Assembly: GCA_964610635.1 (NCBI GenBank)
Contig: CAZSWI010000003.1
Coordinates: forward strand, 194 to 64,193
Length of the DNA stretch: 64,000 nt
Reading direction: 5' to 3'
Origin: an uncultured Acidobacterium sp.
GTDB lineage: Bacteria; Acidobacteriota; Terriglobia; Terriglobales; Acidobacteriaceae
Shown here: positions 55,058-63,226 of the stretch, one piece after another
Layout: every line of letters begins with the position of its first letter
Position numbering within the stretch: the first letter of the stretch is position 1
Translations under genes and position numbers: made by a program
The notes under the pieces: generated by a model
Told to the model about the DNA's origin: nothing
Seen by the model: only the letters and a program-made list of their open reading frames with translations
Databases searched by the model: none

Positions 55058-58000
55058 GTGAATATGTCGCCAGCAGTTACTCCCCTTCGTATGTCGCCTG
55101 TCCGCTTTTTTTATTTATTTGTTGTCGGCACTCTCTGGATGGTTCCCGCGCTGTTGCTCGCGCCGGCCACCGCCGCTCAGGCGGGGGATACATATACCGT
55201 CACGGTGCTCACGGACGACTATAGCGGCAGTACCAGCAATCTGAATGGCACCGCGGGTAATTGCCCGGCCAACGGCAACGGCGGGAACTGCTCTCTGCGC
55301 GATGCGATCACGGCGGCCAACGGGGACGCGGGAAGCACGGTCAACTTTACCGGGCTCGCGGGCGATCTTCCGCTGGGGTATTCGCTTCCGCCGATTGCGG
55401 TGAACATGACCATCGACGGGACGGGCGCGGCCATCACCATCGACGGCCAGAATGCGACCGCTGCGATAGCCGTTAATTCCGGCACGGTGATCGTTCAAAA
55501 CCTGACCATCGCCAATGGAAATTCCGCCACTGAGGGCGGCCTTGGCGGGGCGATCTACAACAACGGGAACCTCACGGTGAACGGCGTCGTCTTCCAGAGC
55601 GACACCACTGAAGGCGGCGGTACAGGCGGCGCCATTTACAACAGCGGAACTCTGGCGGTGAATACCAGCAGCTTCAACAACGACTCCGCCGGAGCGGGCG
55701 GCGCAATCTACAACGACGCGGGCGGCACTTTGACGGTGAGTGACTGCACCTTTAACGGAAACACGGCCAACACCTTTGGCGGCGCGGTTTTCCAGAACAA
55801 CGGCAACCTGCTGACCGTCACCACCAGCACCTTCGTCGGTAATACGGCTCTTGGCGGTTACGGTGGCGGCGTGTACAGCGCAGCGACCGGCGCCAGCGTC
55901 ACAGTTCAGGACAGCACATTTTCCGGAAACGTTGCCGCCACGGCTGGCGGCGGCGTCGCATACAAAGGCACGGTTCTGACGCTCGAAAACAACATCTTCG
56001 TGGAATCGACCGAGTGCTTTGCCGAAAGTGGTTCAACCTGCCCGGCAACAGGCGGCGTCGATGCGAATGGCAACCTGGTCGGATCCAGCGCGAACACCAG
56101 CGCCGCCAGTCTTGGCCTGCTTCCTCCTGGCAGCTACGGCGGCCCCACCCAAACCATGCTGCCTTTGCCTGGCAGCGCTGCAATCTGCGCCGGGAACGCC
56201 ACACTTGTGCCGGGCGGCCTCGCTACCTATGTCGATCAGCGCGGTTTTGTATCGAATGCCACCTGTGCGGATGCGGGCGCGGATCAATCGAACTACATCA
56301 CGGTTACCACTGGCGCCGATGACGCCATCCCCGGTAATGCAGGGCACTGCCCCGGCGCGGCCTGCACGCTGCGCGATGCCATTGCGGCCGCCAACGCTGT
56401 CCTGGGCGGAGATATCGACTTCAATAACGGTCTGAGCACCATCACCATCGGAATTCCAACCACGGCGACGGAAGGTCCGAGCATCTTCTACGACACTAAT
56501 GTTATTGGGCCCGGTGCAAATTCCCTCACCGTCACAGGCCAAAATGGCTACGTACTCCTCGGCGCAAAAGGTGGCAATGTTTATCTTTCCGGGATGACGT
56601 TTGCCAACGGGTACAACAACTCCAATCCCCCCGCCAATGAGGACGGGACCGGTGGTGCGATCTACAACCAGACCAACCTCACGGTGACCGGGATGTCCTT
56701 CACCGGCAATACCGCGACCAATGCGGGCGGCGCGATCTACAGCCAAACCGGCACGGTCAACGTTTTCGACAGCACCTTTGCCAACAATACGTCTCCGGCG
56801 GGCAGCGCCATCTTTAACAACGACACGGCCGACCTGTTGACGGTTGAGTACAGCACCTTCACAGGCAATACCGCGAATAATGCCGGCGCCATCCACAGTG
56901 TTTACGGTGCGCCGCTGAGCGTGTACAACACCACCCTGTCGGGCAACACGCCGTACGGAATCAATTTCGACAACGGCACCCTGGTTGCGAAAAACGACAT
57001 CTTCGCGGACACAGGCGAGTGCACCAGCGCTTATTGCCCAACATCGGGCGGCGGCAACGTCTATCCCGCTTCCACACCGGCTTTGGCCGCGCTCGGCAAT
57101 TACGGCGGGACCACTCAGACCATGATCCCGCCGCCGGGAAGCTCTGCCATCTGCGCAGGTCTGGCAGCTGATATTCCCGCGGGAGTCACCATCGATCAGC
57201 GCGGCTTCGCGAACACGAATACCACTTACACCGGGGTGACGTCGCCCTGTGTCGACGCGGGTGCGGTGCAGACGGCCTACACTTCGGCGCAGTTCGTCAA
57301 CCCGGGCACGCCGTATACAGGGAACGCCAACTCGCCGAGCATCAGTCCGGAAGTGGTCGTTTCCATAACTGAAAACGGCCTGAACCAGGGTGGCGTACCG
57401 ATAACTCTGGCGCTGGGTGGAACGGGACCGGGGACGATCGCGGCCGGGACCGGAACGGCTACTACCGTTACCGGCACCGGGGCGAGCTTCGGCAATCTCA
57501 CAATTGACTCGGCTAGCGGGACAACGGACGACTACACACTGTCGGTTTCAATTCCGGTTGTCGGCACTTATTCCCTTGCGGCCGGACCTGAAGATCTCAC
57601 CCTCGACCCGGGGCCGGGGATCACCATCTCGCCGTCCACATTGCCGGCTGCCACGATCGGCGTGGCTTACGCGCATAACCTGACCGCCAGTGGCGGCACG
57701 GCTCCCTATACCTTTACGAAGACGGGCATGCTGCCAGCCGGAATCGCGATGTCCAACGCGGGCCACTTCACGGGAACGCCCACAGAGGCCGGCAGCTTCA
57801 CAATCTCAGTAACCGCAACCGACAGTAACGGCTACTTCGCCCGGCAGGATTACACGCTCACGGTGAACGCCCCAACGATCACGATGACGCCGGCCGCGGG
57901 TACCCTCGCGGTGACCGAGAACGTAGCGTACAGCCAGACCTTCACCGCCGCCGCCGGTACGGCGCCCTACACCTATACGCAGACCGGCACTCTGCCCACA

Positions 58001-61000
58001 GGCCTTACGTGGCACGCCGGGACCCATATCATCTCCGGAACGACGACCGACATCGGCTCCTTCCCAATCACCGTAAAAGCACAAGACAGCAGCACTGGTA
58101 CCGGCGCACCGTTTAGCCAGACCTTCAGCTACACCATCGTGGTCAGCGCGCCCACGATCACCATTGCTCCCACGACCTTGACCGCTGCAACCGTGGGCGT
58201 GGCCTACAGCCAGCAGCTCACGGCGTCAGCCGGATCTGGTGGCTACACCTATGCAATAACCTCAGGGGCGAAGCCCGCCGGGATCAACCTGTCCACTGGA
58301 GGCCTGCTCTCCGGAACGCCGACGGAAGGCGGAACCTTTAACTTCACCGTAACCGCGACCGACAGTGACAACAACACGGGGGCACAGGCCTACACATGGA
58401 CGGTCAATGTTCCCACCATCACCATTACCCCGGCGGCGGGAACGCTGTCCGCAACGAAGAATGTAGCGTACAGCCAGACCTTTACAGTCAGCGGCGGGAC
58501 GCCGACCTACACCTGGTCAGAGACGGGAACGCTGCCGGCAGGCATCACCTTCAATACTGCGACGGCAACGCTTTCCGGAACGACGACGGCAACCGGCTCT
58601 TTCCCGATCACCATCAAGGCGCAGGACAGCAGCACTGGATCAGGACCGTATAGCCAGAGCAATGGGTATACGCTGTCGGTAACTGCGCCCACGATCACCA
58701 TTGCGCCCACCACCCTGACCGCACCAGCCGATGGTGTTGCTTACAGTCAGCAGCTCACCGCCAGCGGTGGCGTAGCGGCGTATACCTACGCGATAACAAC
58801 AGGCGCCGCGCCTGCCGGGATCACACTGTCCACCGGGGGTCTGCTCTCCGGAACGCCGACGGCAGGCGGAGCCTATAGCTTCACCGTGACTGCAACCGAC
58901 CACAACGGCAACACCGGCGCACAGGCCTACTCCGGAACGGTCACCGCTCCGACCATCACCATTACCCCAGCGGCCGGAACGCTCGCCGCAACGAAGAATG
59001 TGGCATACAGCCAGACCTTTACAGTCAGCGGCGGAACGCCCACCTACACCTGGTCAGAGACGGGAACGCTGCCGGCAGGCATCACCTTCAATACTGCGAC
59101 GGCAACGCTTTCCGGAACGACGACGGCAACCGGCTCTTTCCCGATCACCATCAAGGCGCAGGACAGCAGCACTGGATCAGGACCGTATAGCCAGAGCAAT
59201 GGGTACACGCTTACGGTCACTGCGCCCACGATCACCATCGCTCCCACCACCCTTACCGCGCCCACAGTGGGCGTGGCGTATAGCCAGCAACTCACTGCCA
59301 GCGGTGGCGTAGCTACGTATACCTACGCGATAACAACAGGCGCAGCGCCTGCCGGCATCACGCTGTCCAACGCGGGTCTGCTCTCGGGAACGCCGACGGC
59401 CGGCGGAGCTTATAGCTTCACCGTGACCGCAACCGACCACAACGGGAACACCGGCGCGCAGGCTTACTCCGGAACGGTGACCGCTCCGACGATCGCAATT
59501 TTGCCTGCGGCGGGACCGCTGACGGCTACAGGAGAAACAGCCTACAGCCAGACCTTCACAGCCAGCGGCGGCACGCCGTCTTACACCTGGCTGGAGACGG
59601 GAACGCTGCCGACGGGCATCACGTTCAATACTGCGACGGCAACCCTCTCAGGAACCCCCACGCAGGGTGGCTCTTTCCCGATCACTATCAAGGCGACGGA
59701 CAGCAGCACGGGATCAGGACCGTACAACCAGAGCAACGCTTATACGCTGACCGTCAACGGGCCGACGATCACAGTTTCGCCGGCATCGCTGGCGGCGGCC
59801 ACGGTTGCCGTGACCTACAGCCAGACATTCACTGCTACCGGCGGCGCCGGTACTTATACCTATACCGAGACCGGGACTCTGCCCGCAGGGCTCAGTTTGA
59901 GCACAGCGGGTGTGCTCTCCGGAACGCCAACCCAGGCTGGCAGCTTCCCCATCACCGTGACCGCGAAGGACAGCGACAACTTTACCGGAAGCAAAGCGTA
60001 CACGTTGACGGTCAATGGACCAGCCATCACAGTGCTGCCTGCGGCGGGTACGTTAACGGCGACTGCGGAAGTGGCGTATAGCCAGACCTTCACGGCAAGC
60101 GGCGGAACATCGCCCTACACTTATGCAGAGACCGGGACCCTGCCGACGGGCATCACGTTCAACACCGCAACGGCAACGCTCTCCGGGACTGCGACGCAAG
60201 CCGGCTCGTTCCCGATCTCCATCAAGGTCACGGACAGCACCACGGGCACGGGTTCTCCGTTTAGTCAGACCAACGCCTATACGCTGACGGTCAGCGGGCC
60301 CACGATCACGATCACGCCAACGTCGCTGACTGCGGCAACGGCTGACGCGGCTTACAGCCAGCAATTCGCCGCCAGCGGTGGAACAGGCACTTACACCTGG
60401 ACGGAAACGGGCGCGCTGCCGGCCGGGATCACCCTCTCCGCTGCAGGTCTCCTCTCCGGAACACCGGCGGCGGCGGGCAGCTTCCCCATCACTGTAACTG
60501 CCAAAGACGGTGACAGCTTCACGGGCACTGAGAACGTGACGCTGACCGTGAACGGTCCGACGCTCGCGATGCTGCCGGCCAGTCTGCCAGCGGCATCGAC
60601 GAATGTAGCCTACACGCAGACCTTCACGGCCAGCGGAGGCGCCTCGCCTTACACCTGGACTGAGACGGGCGCATTGCCAACCGGCATCACGTGGACCGCT
60701 GCAACCGCCACGCTCGCCGGAACCCCGACGGTAAGCGGGACATTCCCCATCACCATCAAGGTGACGGACAGCACCACGGGAACCGGTTCGCCATTCAGCA
60801 AGACCGTTGGATACACCCTGTCGGTGAGCGCACCGACGATCACGATCACGCCGGCCACACTTCCAGCAGCCACGGTGGCCGCGGCGTACAGCCAGAGTGT
60901 CGCCGCCGGCGGTGGCACTTCGCCCTATACCTATACCGTTACAACCGGAGCGTTGCCTGCCGGTCTCACGTTGAGCTCGGCTGGGACGATTGCGGGGACG

Positions 61001-62968
61001 CCGACCGCGGGTGGAAGCTTCACCTTCACCGTGACCGCCAGGGACAGCGCCAACTTTACCGGCACGCAGAACTACACCCTGACGGTAGGTGCACCAACCG
61101 TTGCACTGACGCCCGCGGCTGGGACGCTGTCCGCGGCTGCCAACGCTGCTTACAGCCAGTCCTTCACGGCGAGCGGCGGCACGGCGCCCTATACCTACAC
61201 GGAAACAGGGACGCTGCCCACCGGGTTGACCTTTAACAGCAGCACAGGCGTGCTGGCCGGAACGCCCACAGTGACCGGTAGCTTCCCGATCACGGTGAAA
61301 GCGACCGACAGCAGCACCGGAACAGGTCCTTACTCGAGCGCAGCAGTCGCTTACACCCTGTCGGTTGGAACCGCCGGAGTTACGATCACGTGGGCCAGCC
61401 CCTCGCCGATCGCCTACGGGACCACTCTGTCAGGAGTTCTGGACGCGACTGCATCCTATAACGGCGGCACGGTAGCTGGGACCTTCACTTATACGGCAAC
61501 TCCCACGGGCGGTTCGGCCACCACGGTGACCGCGTCAACCGTGCTGACTGCTGGCGCCTATACTCTGACGGCCAGCTTCGCACCGTCCAATAACTCTTAC
61601 GCAGCTCCGACGCCGAAGACGGTCCCCCTGACTGTCAATCAGGATCAGCCGGCAATTACGTGGGCGCCGGCTTCCAGCATTCCTTATGGAACCACCCTCT
61701 CGGCTCTGCTGAACGCGACTGCCAGCTTTGGCGGTAACTCAGTCGCGGGCAGCTTCGCGTACACAGCTACTCCCACGGGTGGCACTGCGGCGGCGGTAAC
61801 TGCCTCCACCGTGCTGACCCAGGGCACGTACACTCTCGGTGTAACCTTCACACCGACTGACAATACCGACTACAAAACGGCCACGGCGACGGCGCCGCTG
61901 TCCGTCACCAGCGGAACCCTCACCGTAACGGCCAACAACGCCACTCGAGTTTACGGCGTGGCGAATCCAACCTTCACTGGAACCATCACCGGCCAGCAAA
62001 ACGGCGACACCTTCACTGAGTCCTTCGCGACGACCGCAACAATCAGTTCCACCGTTGGAAATTACTCCATCGTCCCCAGCGCAAGCGGAGCGAATCTGAG
62101 CGATTACACCGTGGTGATCGATGACGGAACGCTGACCGTTACCCAGGCGGCCAGCACGACGACGCTGGCAGTCAACAACAGTACAGTCGGCGTGGGAGGC
62201 ACGTTGATGCTGACCGCCACGGTCGCTTCGGCGACAACCGGTACTCCCACCGGGACTGTCAATTTCTACGATGGATCGACGCTGCTCAATACCGCGACTT
62301 TGAGCGCGGGCGTCGCGACATATTCGACAACGACCCTCTCGTCGGGAAGCCATACGATCACCGCGGTCTACAGCGGCGACACCAACTTCACCGCCAGCAG
62401 CACGGCTTCGGCGACAACCATCACCGTTGCGGCGCTGGACTTTACGATGGCTGCGACGCCCTCTTCACAACTGGGGAATGCGGGCACGACCTTTACCTAC
62501 CAGTTGGCATTAGCGCCGACCTACGCCGGGACGAACTATCCTGGTACGGTGACGTTCAGCGCGATTGGTATGCCGGCCGGGTCCACTGTGACATTCACCC
62601 CGTCCTCGGTTGCTGCCAACGCGGGACCGCAGACGGTCGACATGGCCGTCGCCACAGCCGCCACGGGTTCGGCGGCGGTTCGGCCCTTCGACCTCGGCCG
62701 CAAGATGGCGCCGCTGGCGCTGGCATTCCTCCTCTTGCCTTTCGCGGGCACCGGGAGAATGCGGCGGAACGGACGCCGCTTGAGCCGTATGATCTGCCTG
62801 CTTCTGCTGGCGCTCGGCGGTGTCGTAGCCACCACGGCGCTTTCCGGATGCGGCAGCAACGGCGGTTCCGGACAAAAGACGTCGCAGGGAACCCTCTACA
62901 CAATCACGGTCGCGGGGACGACCGGCGCCGACACTCACACTGCAACCGTCACCTTAACGGTTGAATAA
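55058..62968 (+). CDS. Giant (2636-aa) cell-surface protein: signal peptide, two choice-of-anchor-Q-type beta-helix modules, 14 putative-Ig (He_PIG-like) domains, MBG-type and Ig group-3-like domains, and a C-terminal membrane-hairpin module
   Basis: The signal peptide reads FFYLFVVGTLWMVPALLLAPATAAQA, with a start at GTG 55058 or ATG 55064. CSLRDAITAAN (~55289) and CTLRDAIAAAN (~56363) are each followed by GGAIYN-type beta-helix repeats and a ...YGGPTQTM.P.PGSAAICAG end motif. There are 14 ~89-aa repeats (57617-61369). RVYGVANPTFTG...GNYSIVPS is MBG-like, and GTVNFYDGSTLL...HTITAVYSGDTNF is Big_3-like. Confidence 0.9.
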   Translation: MNMSPAVTPLRMSPVRFFYLFVVGTLWMVPALLLAPATAAQAGDTYTVTVLTDDYSGSTSNLNGTAGNCPANGNGGNCSLRDAITAANGDAGSTVNFTGLAGDLPLGYSLPPIAVNMTIDGTGAAITIDGQNATAAIAVNSGTVIVQNLTIANGNSATEGGLGGAIYNNGNLTVNGVVFQSDTTEGGGTGGAIYNSGTLAVNTSSFNNDSAGAGGAIYNDAGGTLTVSDCTFNGNTANTFGGAVFQNNGNLLTVTTSTFVGNTALGGYGGGVYSAATGASVTVQDSTFSGNVAATAGGGVAYKGTVLTLENNIFVESTECFAESGSTCPATGGVDANGNLVGSSANTSAASLGLLPPGSYGGPTQTMLPLPGSAAICAGNATLVPGGLATYVDQRGFVSNATCADAGADQSNYITVTTGADDAIPGNAGHCPGAACTLRDAIAAANAVLGGDIDFNNGLSTITIGIPTTATEGPSIFYDTNVIGPGANSLTVTGQNGYVLLGAKGGNVYLSGMTFANGYNNSNPPANEDGTGGAIYNQTNLTVTGMSFTGNTATNAGGAIYSQTGTVNVFDSTFANNTSPAGSAIFNNDTADLLTVEYSTFTGNTANNAGAIHSVYGAPLSVYNTTLSGNTPYGINFDNGTLVAKNDIFADTGECTSAYCPTSGGGNVYPASTPALAALGNYGGTTQTMIPPPGSSAICAGLAADIPAGVTIDQRGFANTNTTYTGVTSPCVDAGAVQTAYTSAQFVNPGTPYTGNANSPSISPEVVVSITENGLNQGGVPITLALGGTGPGTIAAGTGTATTVTGTGASFGNLTIDSASGTTDDYTLSVSIPVVGTYSLAAGPEDLTLDPGPGITISPSTLPAATIGVAYAHNLTASGGTAPYTFTKTGMLPAGIAMSNAGHFTGTPTEAGSFTISVTATDSNGYFARQDYTLTVNAPTITMTPAAGTLAVTENVAYSQTFTAAAGTAPYTYTQTGTLPTGLTWHAGTHIISGTTTDIGSFPITVKAQDSSTGTGAPFSQTFSYTIVVSAPTITIAPTTLTAATVGVAYSQQLTASAGSGGYTYAITSGAKPAGINLSTGGLLSGTPTEGGTFNFTVTATDSDNNTGAQAYTWTVNVPTITITPAAGTLSATKNVAYSQTFTVSGGTPTYTWSETGTLPAGITFNTATATLSGTTTATGSFPITIKAQDSSTGSGPYSQSNGYTLSVTAPTITIAPTTLTAPADGVAYSQQLTASGGVAAYTYAITTGAAPAGITLSTGGLLSGTPTAGGAYSFTVTATDHNGNTGAQAYSGTVTAPTITITPAAGTLAATKNVAYSQTFTVSGGTPTYTWSETGTLPAGITFNTATATLSGTTTATGSFPITIKAQDSSTGSGPYSQSNGYTLTVTAPTITIAPTTLTAPTVGVAYSQQLTASGGVATYTYAITTGAAPAGITLSNAGLLSGTPTAGGAYSFTVTATDHNGNTGAQAYSGTVTAPTIAILPAAGPLTATGETAYSQTFTASGGTPSYTWLETGTLPTGITFNTATATLSGTPTQGGSFPITIKATDSSTGSGPYNQSNAYTLTVNGPTITVSPASLAAATVAVTYSQTFTATGGAGTYTYTETGTLPAGLSLSTAGVLSGTPTQAGSFPITVTAKDSDNFTGSKAYTLTVNGPAITVLPAAGTLTATAEVAYSQTFTASGGTSPYTYAETGTLPTGITFNTATATLSGTATQAGSFPISIKVTDSTTGTGSPFSQTNAYTLTVSGPTITITPTSLTAATADAAYSQQFAASGGTGTYTWTETGALPAGITLSAAGLLSGTPAAAGSFPITVTAKDGDSFTGTENVTLTVNGPTLAMLPASLPAASTNVAYTQTFTASGGASPYTWTETGALPTGITWTAATATLAGTPTVSGTFPITIKVTDSTTGTGSPFSKTVGYTLSVSAPTITITPATLPAATVAAAYSQSVAAGGGTSPYTYTVTTGALPAGLTLSSAGTIAGTPTAGGSFTFTVTARDSANFTGTQNYTLTVGAPTVALTPAAGTLSAAANAAYSQSFTASGGTAPYTYTETGTLPTGLTFNSSTGVLAGTPTVTGSFPITVKATDSSTGTGPYSSAAVAYTLSVGTAGVTITWASPSPIAYGTTLSGVLDATASYNGGTVAGTFTYTATPTGGSATTVTASTVLTAGAYTLTASFAPSNNSYAAPTPKTVPLTVNQDQPAITWAPASSIPYGTTLSALLNATASFGGNSVAGSFAYTATPTGGTAAAVTASTVLTQGTYTLGVTFTPTDNTDYKTATATAPLSVTSGTLTVTANNATRVYGVANPTFTGTITGQQNGDTFTESFATTATISSTVGNYSIVPSASGANLSDYTVVIDDGTLTVTQAASTTTLAVNNSTVGVGGTLMLTATVASATTGTPTGTVNFYDGSTLLNTATLSAGVATYSTTTLSSGSHTITAVYSGDTNFTASSTASATTITVAALDFTMAATPSSQLGNAGTTFTYQLALAPTYAGTNYPGTVTFSAIGMPAGSTVTFTPSSVAANAGPQTVDMAVATAATGSAAVRPFDLGRKMAPLALAFLLLPFAGTGRMRRNGRRLSRMICLLLLALGGVVATTALSGCGSNGGSGQKTSQGTLYTITVAGTTGADTHTATVTLTVE
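57617..61369 (+). repeat. Array of 14 ~89-aa Ig-like (He_PIG-type) coding repeats arranged as seven alternating A/B pairs
   Basis: Type A has the form TL.AAT.GVAYSQQL.ASGG...YTY.IT.GA.PAGITLS..GLLSGTPT.GG..FTVTATD. Type B has the form AAGTL.AT..VAYSQTFT.SGGT..YT..ETGTLP.GITFN.ATATLSGT.T..GSFPITIKA.DSSTG. Confidence 0.9.
58421..59494 (+). repeat. Tandem duplication (2 x 537 bp, each one A/B-type domain pair) inside the giant gene
   Basis: Copy 1 spans 58421-58957 and copy 2 spans 58958-59494. They share a 164-nt perfectly identical core (58505-58668 versus 59042-59205). The antisense track ORFs 58507..58713 and 59044..59295 share identical peptide tails, confirming the identity. Confidence 0.9.
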
Positions 62969-63012
62969 CCGGAGCGTCTGGTGACTCCATCCACAACCTC
63001 ACGATTCAGACT

Positions 63013-63043
63013 GGCCGGACCGATAAGGTCCGGCCTTTTTGTT
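63013..63043 (+). terminator. Rho-independent terminator downstream of the giant gene
   Basis: The structure is GGCCGGACC (63013-63021), loop GATAA, GGTCCGGCC (63027-63035), then TTTTTGTT. This is a perfect 9-bp GC-rich stem plus a T-tract, 45 nt after the stop codon. Confidence 0.85.
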
Positions 63044-63226
63044 CGTGTTGCCCTCGAGAGCACAACCAGCAACGGCGCATGGCCGCCGGGAATAAATGCT
63101 ATAGAGCTATGCGGTAAATTGCATATGCCCGGGACCTTTTCGCGCGTGGGTAAAGTCGAGACGCGAATCGGAGACTGCTATATTTGTGAGTCGTAATTCA
63201 GGGAAATTCGTATTCAGGAGGCAATT

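Noticed and set aside
62759-62968. Separate small lipoprotein gene (MRRNGRRLSRMICLLLLALGGVVATTALSGC...) embedded in frame at the 3' end of the giant gene.
   Set aside because: No stop codon separates it from the giant ORF, and the only purine-rich stretch (GGGAGA) abuts the ATG with 0-1 nt spacing, too close for a Shine-Dalgarno. It is therefore treated as part of the giant protein (see the finding). A sequencing error that creates a fusion cannot be excluded from sequence alone.
52858-62968. PEP-CTERM or other known C-terminal sorting signals on the secreted proteins of the locus (25335, 52858, 4658, 55058).
   Set aside because: None of them ends with a PEP/TM/Arg-cluster. The giant protein has a TM-plus-basic segment (…LLLPFAGTGRMRRNGRR), but it lacks a PEP motif and is followed by ~70 more residues.
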